NCBI GenBank assembly: GCA_029887765.1
Contig: JARXPF010000001.1
Location: 352,750-416,749, forward strand
Direction: 5' to 3'
Length of the DNA: 64,000 nucleotides
DNA from: Thermoproteota archaeon
GTDB taxonomy: Archaea > Thermoproteota > Methanomethylicia > Methanomethylicales > Methanomethylicaceae
Of this stretch, positions 41,643 through 54,683 are shown piece by piece. Each line of letters starts with the position of its first letter. Position 1 is the first letter of the stretch. A program made the translations under genes and the position numbers. Below the pieces are notes generated by a model. The model was not told the origin of the DNA. It saw nothing but the letters and a program-made list of their open reading frames with translations, and made no database searches.

Positions 41643-41716
41643 TTCTTTTTCTTTTCCTTCTCTTTTTCTTCTTTTGATATTGATTCAAGTATTGTTGTTC
41701 TTTGTCTTCCTCCCAT
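41639..41716 (-). CDS. Putative 25-aa basic small protein
   Basis: MGGRQRTTILESISKEEKEKEKKKK; AGGTGA SD directly upstream; TGA overlaps the next ATG (ATGA). Confidence 0.55.
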   Translation of the reverse strand: MGGRQRTTILESISKEEKEKEKKKK

Positions 41717-41777
41717 ATGATCACCTAATAAAAAATATAAACTAAAAAATTTATTTTTACCTTTTGTATATTTGAAT

Positions 41778-41840
41778 ATGGCCGATGATGAAATTGCCGA
41801 GTTCGAAGTTAAAGATGCCGAGGGAAAATTCAGAGGCCAT
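41778..41840 (+). ncRNA. Candidate box C/D sRNA
   Basis: ATGGCC/GGCCAT terminal stem, box C ATGATGA (41785-91), D' TCGA, C'-like TTAAAGA, D CAGA (41831-34); about 60 nt and GC-enriched. Confidence 0.6.
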
Positions 41841-41858
41841 GCTATAAAGGGGATAATC

Positions 41859-42230
41859 ATGGAAATTGATAGGAAAGATTTAATTCGAATAATAAAATAT
41901 GCAAAAAAATTTTGTGAAGATAGGTGTCCAGCAGAGAGAGATCCTGATGTATGCTTAGCATTAATTGAAATATGTAGAGATTTAAATATAGAACCTCCTG
42001 CATGTGTAGAAGAGACTGGGGGTTTTGTTAAATCTTATTTCATAGCAAAAATAAGAGAAATAGAAGCAAGATGGAAGAAAAATGTTAGAGAAGTAATTAA
42101 AGAAATAGAGATTAGAGGAGCGAGACATTTTGAAGAAGAACTTGACAGAATGGAGGCAGAATTTGCATTAAGAGCAATAAAAGCCATAGATGATAGAATA
42201 CTTGAAAAAGAATTAAGAAGAAAACTTTAA
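41859..42230 (+). CDS. Hypothetical cysteine-containing protein (123 aa from the probable ATG at 41859; ORF track starts 41772)
   Basis: Open frame with host-like codon usage; GGGGA SD before 41859; no family recognised. Confidence 0.7.
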   Translation: MEIDRKDLIRIIKYAKKFCEDRCPAERDPDVCLALIEICRDLNIEPPACVEETGGFVKSYFIAKIREIEARWKKNVREVIKEIEIRGARHFEEELDRMEAEFALRAIKAIDDRILEKELRRKL

Positions 42231-42258
42231 AACATTTTTTCCATTAGGAGGGCAATAA

Positions 42259-44652
42259 TTGGAAAAACTTTATTCACCAAAAGACATAGAAGAAAAGTGG
42301 CAAAAGCTTTGGCTTTCGCCAGAATATTATGATGTATTTAAATTTAAAAATGATGGAAGGCCAACTTTTGTAATAGACACACCTCCACCTTTTACATCTG
42401 GAGAACTCCATATGGGTCATGTATACTGGTGTATATTAAATGATACAATAGCAAGATACAAGAGAATGAAAGGATTTGATGTTTTATTGCCACAAGGATG
42501 GGATTGTCAAGGGCTACCAACTGAACTTAAAGTACAATATAAGTGGAAGATTCCTAAGGAAAATAGAGAGCTTTTTAGAAGTAAATGCATTGAATGGACA
42601 AATATTATGATAAGTAAAATGAAGGAAGGTATGATAAAAATTGGTTATAGACCAGATTGGGAACAATTTGAGTATAGAACAATGGATAAAGAGTATTGGA
42701 AAATGGTACAATATACATTAATATTAATGTATGAAATGGGACTAATATATAAAAAGGAATTCCCAGTCCATTGGTGTAGTAGATGTGGAACTGCCCTTGC
42801 TCAAGCAGAAACTGGTTATATTCAAAAAAAGGGAAAGTTATATTATATAAAATTTAAGCTTGATCAAGAATCTATAATAATTGGAACGACACGACCAGAA
42901 CTTCTTAATGCATGTGTAGCTATTGCAATTAATCCAAATGATGAAAGATACAAGAATATTTTAGGAAAAGAAGCTGAAGTTCCAATATTTGGACAAAAAG
43001 TTAGAATAATTCAAGATGAAGCTGTTGATCCTAAGTTTGGAACTGGAATAGTAATGATTTGTACTTATGGAGATGAACAAGATATAAAGTGGCAACAAAA
43101 ATACAATCTTCCAATAATAAAAGCAGTAGATGAAGATGGTAGAATAATTAATGCAAAAGAATATACTGGATTAAAAATTGAAGAAGCAAGAGAGAAAATT
43201 ATTGAAGATTTAAGAAAATTAGGATTTTTAGTAAAAGAAGAGGAAATTTTGCATAATGTATTAGCCCATACTGAAAGATCCGATTGTATGACGCCAATAG
43301 AGTTTTTAGTAAAAGATCAATGGTTTGTAAAATCCAAGGATTTTAAAGAAATTATGAAAGAAGAAGCTGAAAAAATTCAATGGATACCAAAGTATATGAA
43401 ACAACGCTTGATAGATTGGATAGATAATATAGAATGGGATTGGGTAATTTCAAGACAAAGAGTTTTTGGAACACCTATACCTTTTTGGTATTGTAAAGAT
43501 TGTGGTTTTATAATACCACCAAAAAAAGAAGATTTACCAGTAGATACTAGTAAGGATAAACCTCCAATAAGTAGTTGTCCAAATTGTAATAGTAAAAATA
43601 TTAGTGGAACTAGTGATGTTTGTGATTGTTGGATAGATTCCAGTATTACTCCATTAATAATTACTAAATTCTTAAAAAATAATGAAGTTTTTCATAAAAC
43701 TTATCCAGTTGATATAAGACAACAAGGACATGACATAATAAGAACTTGGTTGTATTATACAATGCTTAGATGTAAAATTTTAACAGGAAAGGGGCCATTT
43801 AAAAGTGTAGTAATAAATGGTCACATACTTGGACCAGATGGTTCAAGAATGTCTAAATCTAAAGGTAATGTTATAATGCCTGAAGAAGGAATTTCTAAAT
43901 ATGGAGCTGATGCTTTAAGACAAGCACTATTATTATTAACACTTGGATCTGATTTTCCCTTTAGATGGGAACCTGTGAAATATGGGAAATCCTTTTTACA
44001 AAAGCTTTGGTCTTCAGTAAGATTTGCAAGTCAATTTATAAATAATAAAATAGAACTTGATAATAAAAAACTTAATGATATAGATAAATGGATTATTTCA
44101 AGATTGAGAAATACTATAAGTATAGTAAGTGAAGCTATGGAAAATTATCAATTTCATATAGCTGTAGATACACTTCAACAATTTTATTGGCATGATTTTT
44201 GCGATCAATATATTGAAGCAGTAAAACCAAGACTTTATAATTCAAATAATAAAGATTTAGATACTGCAATAGCAGTGATGTATAAAATTATCTGGATATT
44301 CATAAGAATGTTTGCTCCTATATGTCCACATATTACTGAAGAAATTTATCATAGAATTTTCAAAAATTTTGAAGGTTTTACTTCTATACATTCAACTACA
44401 TTTCCAACATTAGAGGAATTGCCTGAAGTAGATGGAAATGAAGGGGAAAAAGTGATAAAAATTATAGCTAAAATTAGAACAAAAAAAGTAGATAAAAAAA
44501 TTCCATTATCTGCACCTGTGAAATACGTTATAATTAGGGATAAAAATGAATTATTAAAAACTTATAAGAAAAATGAGTGGTTAATTAAAGAAGTACTTCA
44601 TATAGAAAAGATAGAATTCTTGGAAGGGGAGCCCAGTATAGAATTAGAGTAA
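42259..44652 (+). CDS. valS: Valine--tRNA ligase
   Basis: IDTPPP..SG.LHMGH, GWDCQGLPTE, W.ISRQR.FG.PIP, QGHDII.TW, MSKSKGN. Confidence 0.95.
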   Translation: MEKLYSPKDIEEKWQKLWLSPEYYDVFKFKNDGRPTFVIDTPPPFTSGELHMGHVYWCILNDTIARYKRMKGFDVLLPQGWDCQGLPTELKVQYKWKIPKENRELFRSKCIEWTNIMISKMKEGMIKIGYRPDWEQFEYRTMDKEYWKMVQYTLILMYEMGLIYKKEFPVHWCSRCGTALAQAETGYIQKKGKLYYIKFKLDQESIIIGTTRPELLNACVAIAINPNDERYKNILGKEAEVPIFGQKVRIIQDEAVDPKFGTGIVMICTYGDEQDIKWQQKYNLPIIKAVDEDGRIINAKEYTGLKIEEAREKIIEDLRKLGFLVKEEEILHNVLAHTERSDCMTPIEFLVKDQWFVKSKDFKEIMKEEAEKIQWIPKYMKQRLIDWIDNIEWDWVISRQRVFGTPIPFWYCKDCGFIIPPKKEDLPVDTSKDKPPISSCPNCNSKNISGTSDVCDCWIDSSITPLIITKFLKNNEVFHKTYPVDIRQQGHDIIRTWLYYTMLRCKILTGKGPFKSVVINGHILGPDGSRMSKSKGNVIMPEEGISKYGADALRQALLLLTLGSDFPFRWEPVKYGKSFLQKLWSSVRFASQFINNKIELDNKKLNDIDKWIISRLRNTISIVSEAMENYQFHIAVDTLQQFYWHDFCDQYIEAVKPRLYNSNNKDLDTAIAVMYKIIWIFIRMFAPICPHITEEIYHRIFKNFEGFTSIHSTTFPTLEELPEVDGNEGEKVIKIIAKIRTKKVDKKIPLSAPVKYVIIRDKNELLKTYKKNEWLIKEVLHIEKIEFLEGEPSIELE

Positions 44653-45201
44653 AAATTCAGCATTTGAAAGAGCTATTTTTATTATTTTTGATCCTCCTTC
44701 TTTTAAATAATTTCCATGACCAGGAAGAATTGATTCTATATTTAAAGTTGAAAGAAGACGAAGACTATTTTTCATATCTTCATTATTTCCACCAGGTAAA
44801 TCAGTTCTACCAAAACATCCATCTGAAAAAATAGTATCCCCACTTATTAGTAAAGCCTTTGATTCAGAGTAGAAACATGTACTTCCTGGTGTATGTCCAG
44901 GAGTATGAATTGACATTAATCCAAATTCTTCTAATATTTCTTCTCCATCATTAATATCTAATACTGAATTAGTATGTAGTAAATATAAATCACAATAGTT
45001 TATGTAACATTTAATTCCACTTTTATTTAAAGAATGTATACCTGCAACATGGTCAAAATGACCATGTGTTAAAAAAGCACCCACAACTTTTTCTTTATTT
45101 ATCCCTAATTCTATTAAAAAATTTAATAAATCTGGATGACCACTTGCATCAAATATACAATAATTATCTTGTAATTTTAATATATAAACATTTGATGACA
45201 A
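44644..45201 (-). CDS. MBL-fold metallo-hydrolase (start uncertain)
   Basis: THGHFDH, HTPGHTPGS, SGDT.F, GRTDLPGG, PGHG. Confidence 0.92.
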   Translation of the reverse strand: MSSNVYILKLQDNYCIFDASGHPDLLNFLIELGINKEKVVGAFLTHGHFDHVAGIHSLNKSGIKCYINYCDLYLLHTNSVLDINDGEEILEEFGLMSIHTPGHTPGSTCFYSESKALLISGDTIFSDGCFGRTDLPGGNNEDMKNSLRLLSTLNIESILPGHGNYLKEGGSKIIKIALSNAEFLL

Positions 45202-45260
45202 TCCAACTCCTTCAAAAGATTCCTCATGTATTATTATAAAATTTTTAAAAATTGATGTAA

Positions 45261-46724
45261 TCAGCCCTTGGTCACCCCTATTGGTACCATTCTAGCTACT
45301 AAAGTAGCAATTCCAAGTTTATGAGAGACTTCAGCCACTCTATCCACATCTTTATAAGCACCTGGAGCTTCTTCTGCTATAACACGAATATTTGCCGCTC
45401 TTATCATTATCCCTCTATTTTCAAGTTCTCTTTTTACTTCACTACCCCAATATTTCTTTATAGCAGCTTCTCTACTAAGATATCTTCCAGCTCCATGAGC
45501 AGTAGATCCCCAACTAAGTTCCATAGCTGCAGGAGCACCAAGTAATAAGTAAGATGCAGTACCCATACTGCCTGGAATTATAACTGGTTGACCTATTTCT
45601 CTATATTCTTGTGGAATCTCAGGTCGACCAGCAGGAAAAGCTCTAGTTGCACCTTTTCTATGTACATATACTATTCGTTTTTTCCCTTCATAGATATGTT
45701 CCTCTCTCTTTGCTAAATTATGTGCAACATCATAAACTAAATGCATTCCCAATTTTTCAGGATCAGTTTTGAAAACTTTTTGAAAAGCTTCTCTAGTCCA
45801 ATGTGTAATACATTGTCTATTTGCCCAAGCATAATTACAAGCTGCTGACATTGCAGCAAAATAATCTTGAGCTTCAGGACTATTTGCAGGAGCACATGCT
45901 AATTCTCTATCTGGAATTTTTATTTTATATTTTGAAACTGCATGTTCCATTACATGAAGATAATCACTACAAACTTGATGTCCAAGTCCTCTACTACCTG
46001 AATGTATCATAACTACAACTTGTCCTTCATGTTCAATTCCAAAAATTTTAGCTACTCTTTGATCATAAATCTTATCTACTACTTGAACTTCAAGAAAATG
46101 ATTTCCACTCCCAAGAGTACCAAGTTGACTTGCTCCTCTAGATTTTGCACTGGAAGATACTTTACTATGATCCGCAGTTTTCATACAACCTTCTTCTTCA
46201 CATCTTTTAGCATCTTCATCCCAACCATATCCTTGTTCTATTGCCCATTGTACACCCATATCCAATACTCTATTTTGTTGAGTGGTGTCTAAGCGTATCC
46301 CGCCCTTACTACCAAGACCTGAAGGAACTAATTCAAATAGAGTATCAATTAATTTCGATAAATGAGGACGAACATCTTTTATATCAAGATTTGTTAAAAC
46401 TAATCTAACTCCACAATTAATATCATATCCAACTCCACCAGGAGATATTACTCCTTCTTCTGCATCAAATGCCGCAACACCACCTATTGGAAAGCCATAA
46501 CCTTGATGACCATCTGGCATGGTAATAGAATACTTTAAAATTCCAGGTAATTGAGCTACATTAGCACATTGTTGAAGTGTTAAATCTTCCTTCATTTTCT
46601 CAAGTAAGTATTCATCAGCATATATTCTACAAGGAACTTTCATATTTGGATTATAATTCTTGGGGATTTCCCATATATATTCGCTTATTTTTTTAAGAGG
46701 GATATTTGTCATTTCAATCACCAA
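45261..46724 (-). CDS. rtcB: tRNA-splicing ligase RtcB
   Basis: [55 protein letters not shown]. Confidence 0.98.
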   Translation of the reverse strand: MVIEMTNIPLKKISEYIWEIPKNYNPNMKVPCRIYADEYLLEKMKEDLTLQQCANVAQLPGILKYSITMPDGHQGYGFPIGGVAAFDAEEGVISPGGVGYDINCGVRLVLTNLDIKDVRPHLSKLIDTLFELVPSGLGSKGGIRLDTTQQNRVLDMGVQWAIEQGYGWDEDAKRCEEEGCMKTADHSKVSSSAKSRGASQLGTLGSGNHFLEVQVVDKIYDQRVAKIFGIEHEGQVVVMIHSGSRGLGHQVCSDYLHVMEHAVSKYKIKIPDRELACAPANSPEAQDYFAAMSAACNYAWANRQCITHWTREAFQKVFKTDPEKLGMHLVYDVAHNLAKREEHIYEGKKRIVYVHRKGATRAFPAGRPEIPQEYREIGQPVIIPGSMGTASYLLLGAPAAMELSWGSTAHGAGRYLSREAAIKKYWGSEVKRELENRGIMIRAANIRVIAEEAPGAYKDVDRVAEVSHKLGIATLVARMVPIGVTKG

Positions 46725-46794
46725 TAAACCATAAATATTTTCTTATTTCTAATATGGTAAAGATATAATTAAACTTTTTATTGGAGGGAAAAAA

Positions 46795-47214
46795 ATGGTT
46801 TATTCTTACCTAGACCATACCTCAGATGTCTATGTTCATATAGTTTCGAATACACTTGAAGAATTATTTGAAGAAGCAGCAATAGCTACTTTTGAAGTTA
46901 TGTTAAATACATCAAATGTAGAAGTCAAAGAAGTCATAGATGTAGAAATTGATGGAGATGATTTAGAACAATTACTTTATAAATGGATAGATAATCTCCT
47001 ATTAGTCTTTGATTCTAGAAGTTTTGCTTTAAGATATGCTAAAGTTGAAGAAATTAAAAATAATGGTAGATATTATTTAAAAGGAAAGCTTTATGGAGAA
47101 GAATATGATCCAAATAAACATGAACATAGAGTAGGAGTAAAAGCAATGACTTATTCTCTTATGAAAATTTTTAAGAATGATAAATGGGAGGCATATTTTG
47201 TACTTGATATTTGA
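46795..47214 (+). CDS. Archease
   Basis: LDHTSD, EELFEEAA, GEEYD, VKAMTY, C-terminal VLDI; divergent from rtcB. Confidence 0.95.
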   Translation: MVYSYLDHTSDVYVHIVSNTLEELFEEAAIATFEVMLNTSNVEVKEVIDVEIDGDDLEQLLYKWIDNLLLVFDSRSFALRYAKVEEIKNNGRYYLKGKLYGEEYDPNKHEHRVGVKAMTYSLMKIFKNDKWEAYFVLDI

Positions 47215-47249
47215 AAAATTTAATGCTTAGTAATTTATACTATTATTTA

Positions 47250-47354
47250 GCCGGGGTGGCTGAGTGGTTAAGGCGCCGGCCTCGAGATCTCATAAATGGG
47301 ACAGGTGAGCCGGTCCCCCTTTGGGGGTCAAGGGTTCGAATCCCTTCCCCGGCG
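47250..47354 (+). tRNA. tRNA-Ser(CGA) with 21-nt canonical 37/38 intron (47287-47307)
   Basis: GCCGGGG/CCCCGGC acceptor; CCGGC-CTCGAG[ATCTCATAAATGGGACAGGTG]A-GCCGG; long variable arm; CCA not encoded. Confidence 0.93.
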
Positions 47355-47366
47355 CTAAATACTACT

Positions 47367-47675
47367 TTAGAGCAATTCTATTTCAATATAGACATTATCA
47401 GGTATTTGAATGCGCATCATTTGTCGCATTGTTCGTTCATCTGCATCTATATCTATTAAGCGTTTATGAATACGCATTTCCCACTTTTCCCAAGTTTTTG
47501 TGCCTTCACCAGCGGTTGGCCTAAATGAAGGAACTACTAATCTTTTAGTTGGAAGTGGAATTGGACCAGACATTTTTACTCCAGTTTTTTCTACAATTTT
47601 CTTAATTTGCATACACACATCTTCTAATTTTTTGTAATCTGTACTACTTAAAAAAATTCTAGCTTTTTGAGGCAT
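47367..47675 (-). CDS. rps10: 30S ribosomal protein S10
   Basis: [26 protein letters not shown]. Confidence 0.97.
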   Translation of the reverse strand: MPQKARIFLSSTDYKKLEDVCMQIKKIVEKTGVKMSGPIPLPTKRLVVPSFRPTAGEGTKTWEKWEMRIHKRLIDIDADERTMRQMMRIQIPDNVYIEIELL

Positions 47676-47696
47676 TTCTATCCCTCATAAAAAAAA

Positions 47697-49007
47697 TTAT
47701 TTGGTTAGAGTTGCTGGTTTAACTTCAATTACCACGCCTGCTGCAACTGTTCTTCCCATGTCTCTAATAGCAAATCTTCCAAGTTGTGGAATATCTTGAT
47801 AAACTTCTAAGGCTACTGGTTTCATTGGTTTAAATGTCACTATAGCACTATCTCCTTGTTTTAAGAAACTTGGTTTTTCTTCAATTACAGCTCCAGTTTT
47901 TGGATCTATTTTCTTTTCTAGTTCTAAGAATGTTGTAGCGACTGTTGCAGTATGCACATGTAATACAGGAGTATAGCCAGCAGCAATAGCAGTTGGATGA
48001 TACAATACAAATATTCTACCTTTGAAGGTTTCTGCTACTGTTGGTGGTTTATTAAGATCGCCACAGACATCTCCTCTTCTTATATCTGTTTTAGCTATAC
48101 CTTTAACGTTAAATCCAATATTGTCTCCTGGTAAAGCTTCATCAATTCTCATATGATGAGTTTCTATGGATTTGACTTCACCAACTTTGTTAGCAGGCAT
48201 GAAAATTACATTCATGCCAACCTTCATAACTCCTGTTTCTACTCTTCCTACTGGAACTGTACCTACTCCAGTTATGGAGTATACATCTTGTATTGGAACT
48301 CTCAATGGTTTATTAATTGGTTTCTCAGGTGGAATAAATGTATCCAATGCTTCAAATAATGTTGGGCCTTTATACCATGGAGTATTACTACTCAATTTCA
48401 TTATATTGTCGCCTTTCCAACCTGAAATAGGTATAGCATAAATCTTAGAAGTATCGTATCCTATCATTTTTAAGAATTTGAAAACACCATCTTTAACTTC
48501 ATTAAATCTTTTTTCATCATAATTTACAGTAGCATCGTCCATCTTATTAACAGCAACTATTATTTGATTAACACCTAGTGTTTTTGCTAAAAATGCATGT
48601 TCTCTTGCTTGACCTCCTGGACCCATTCCTGCTTCATATTCACCTCTTTTTGCAGAAATTACTAGAATTGCACAATCTGCTTGAGAAGCTCCAGTTATCA
48701 TATTTTTCACGAAGTCTCTGTGGCCAGGAGCATCAATTATTGTGAAGAAGTATTTTGGAGTTTCAAATTTCCAAAATGATAAATCTATGGTCATGTCACG
48801 TTCTCTTTCTTCTTTTAATTTATCACCAAGCCAAGCGAATTTTGCAAATTCCTTACCAGATTTCTTTGCTTCTTCTTCTAAAGTCATCAGATATCTAGGA
48901 TCAAGGTTTCCTGCTAGATATAACAAATGGCCTACTAAAGTACTCTTACCATGATCTACATGCCCCATTACAAGTAAGTTCAAATGTTCTTTCTTTTGAG
49001 AGGACAT
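47697..49007 (-). CDS. tuf: Elongation factor 1-alpha
   Basis: [51 protein letters not shown]. Confidence 0.97.
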   Translation of the reverse strand: MSSQKKEHLNLLVMGHVDHGKSTLVGHLLYLAGNLDPRYLMTLEEEAKKSGKEFAKFAWLGDKLKEERERDMTIDLSFWKFETPKYFFTIIDAPGHRDFVKNMITGASQADCAILVISAKRGEYEAGMGPGGQAREHAFLAKTLGVNQIIVAVNKMDDATVNYDEKRFNEVKDGVFKFLKMIGYDTSKIYAIPISGWKGDNIMKLSSNTPWYKGPTLFEALDTFIPPEKPINKPLRVPIQDVYSITGVGTVPVGRVETGVMKVGMNVIFMPANKVGEVKSIETHHMRIDEALPGDNIGFNVKGIAKTDIRRGDVCGDLNKPPTVAETFKGRIFVLYHPTAIAAGYTPVLHVHTATVATTFLELEKKIDPKTGAVIEEKPSFLKQGDSAIVTFKPMKPVALEVYQDIPQLGRFAIRDMGRTVAAGVVIEVKPATLTK

Positions 49008-49071
49008 TCAATACCACCTTTTATTGACAATTGAATGTTAAAATAAAGTAGTAATATATAAAGTTTAGGAA

Positions 49072-49638
49072 TTATCTAGCAGACATTGCAATACGTTCTA
49101 TTTCTTCTCTTTTTTGTATACTATAACTCTTAGGATCATTATTCGCAGCCATTATAATTTCATCTGCAAGACATTCATCAATAGGTTTATTACTACTAAA
49201 AGATGCCATTCTTGCACCTTCTGTTATAAATCTAAGTGCTAAATCTAATCTACGTTGAGGAGAAGGATCAACTGATTGAGGATATATTATACCACCATAT
49301 GTTATTCTAGTAACCTCTTCTTTAGGAGCAGAATTTTCCAATGCTCTAACTAATACTTGAATAGGATTTTCACCAGTTTTTAAATGTATAATCTCTAAAG
49401 CATTTTCAACAATACTAGTAGCTAGAGCTTTCTTTCCACCATTCTTACCTGGACGCATCATTTTATTTATTAATCTTTCTACAATACAAACTTTAGCTTT
49501 TCCAAAAGGTCTATGTTCATGTCTTCCACTTGAATGTGGAAGATATCTTGGAGTTAAACAAATATAAGCTTTTAAACCAAGATCTCTAACTTGAACATTA
49601 GAAATATCCCATTTGCCAAATAATTTAATCTCAGCCAT
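49072..49638 (-). CDS. rps7: 30S ribosomal protein S7
   Basis: [32 protein letters not shown]. Confidence 0.97.
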   Translation of the reverse strand: MAEIKLFGKWDISNVQVRDLGLKAYICLTPRYLPHSSGRHEHRPFGKAKVCIVERLINKMMRPGKNGGKKALATSIVENALEIIHLKTGENPIQVLVRALENSAPKEEVTRITYGGIIYPQSVDPSPQRRLDLALRFITEGARMASFSSNKPIDECLADEIIMAANNDPKSYSIQKREEIERIAMSAR

Positions 49639-49642
49639 GAAA

Positions 49643-50095
49643 TCACCTCACAGGTTTTTGCTTTTTACCTGTCATAAGAGCATGAAGAGAAACACCATTA
49701 ACCTTTACAACTTTCCATCTAACTCCAGGTAGATCTCCATAAGCTTTTCCCATTGGTCCACCAATTCCTTCTACAATAACTTCATCATGTTCATCTACAA
49801 AATTTAATGCACCATCTCCAGGGAGAAATGCAGTTATTTGTTTACCATTTTTTATTAATTGAACTCTTACACATTTTCTAACAGCACTATTAGGTTGTCT
49901 ACTCTCTATTCCAACTTTTTCAAGTACAATTCCTCTAGCTTGAGGAGCTCCTTCTAAAGGATCGGCTTTCTCATCTAATCTTAACATTCTTCTCTTAAAT
50001 TGCCTAAGGTGCCATCTAAATTTCTTCCTTTTTAAGACTAACTTTCTACCTGCAAATAACCCCTTTGGTGATTTTGATCCAGGCATATATTGCAC
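49643..50095 (-). CDS. rps12: 30S ribosomal protein S12
   Basis: [30 protein letters not shown]. Confidence 0.98.
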   Translation of the reverse strand: MQYMPGSKSPKGLFAGRKLVLKRKKFRWHLRQFKRRMLRLDEKADPLEGAPQARGIVLEKVGIESRQPNSAVRKCVRVQLIKNGKQITAFLPGDGALNFVDEHDEVIVEGIGGPMGKAYGDLPGVRWKVVKVNGVSLHALMTGKKQKPVR

Positions 50096-50139
50096 CTTTG
50101 TCTTCGTTAAATATTTACCAAATATTTAACTTTGTCGGA

Positions 50140-50574
50140 TTATAGAATTACAACATTATCAATATCGAAATATCTTTTCATTAATAATTTAGCTTTTACA
50201 ATATTCCTACCATTTTTACCAATAGCAATTCCTTTATCCTTTGGATCAACAGTTACTTGCATAAGTTTGTTTCCACTAGGATCCTTAGTTATTTTTATAG
50301 CCCTAACTTTAGCAGGAGAAACTATATTTTTGATAAAGTTCTCTGGATCCTCTGCATATTCTACAAACTCTATTTTTTTACCAAGGAATTTCTTTGCTTT
50401 TTCTACATTAATACCATTTTTACCAATAGCAAGTCCCATATCTCCTGGACGGATTACAAAAATTATTCTATTTTCTTTTGGTTCATAAATACAATCTTTT
50501 GCAACTGCACCAGTTAATGTCTCAAGTAATGCAATATAACGCATTTCATCAGCTGTTAATTTTATATTAGACAA
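50140..50574 (-). CDS. nusA: Archaeal NusA (KH domains)
   Basis: LT.DEMRYI, G.AIGKNG repeated twice, IE.VEY. Confidence 0.96.
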   Translation of the reverse strand: MSNIKLTADEMRYIALLETLTGAVAKDCIYEPKENRIIFVIRPGDMGLAIGKNGINVEKAKKFLGKKIEFVEYAEDPENFIKNIVSPAKVRAIKITKDPSGNKLMQVTVDPKDKGIAIGKNGRNIVKAKLLMKRYFDIDNVVIL

Positions 50575-50575
50575 T

Positions 50576-50868
50576 TCATTTCACCTCCTTTAGTATTGAA
50601 GATTCTCCAGGATCTATTATTGCAAGTGAAGTTACTGTATGAGGTCTTCCACATGCACTACCTAAATCCCAGCTTGATCCTGGAAAAACATATATTGGGA
50701 TAGAGTCTCCTGCAGCTTGTTTTATTTTAGATGAAATTTTTTCTGGTAAATTAGATGCCATTATTATTAATTTTGCACGTTTTTTATTTATAGCTTTAAG
50801 AGTAGTTTTATATCCCATTTCTACTTTTCCAGTATTAATTACAATTTTTAATTCTTTAGCTATATCCA

Positions 50869-50869
<1 letters not shown>
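50576..50869 (-). CDS. rpl30e: 50S ribosomal protein L30e
   Basis: TGKV..G, LG.ACGRP, AIIDPGES.IL. Confidence 0.96.

Positions 50870-54679
<3,810 letters not shown>

Positions 54680-54683
<4 letters not shown>

Noticed and set aside
45202-45260. Possible intron or frameshift at the MBL hydrolase 5' end
   Set aside because: The frame simply stays open upstream without an ATG; no BHB seen; most likely a non-ATG start
47211-47524. ORFs 47211..47459 and 47321..47524
   Set aside because: They overlap tRNA-Ser(CGA) and antisense rps10; spurious
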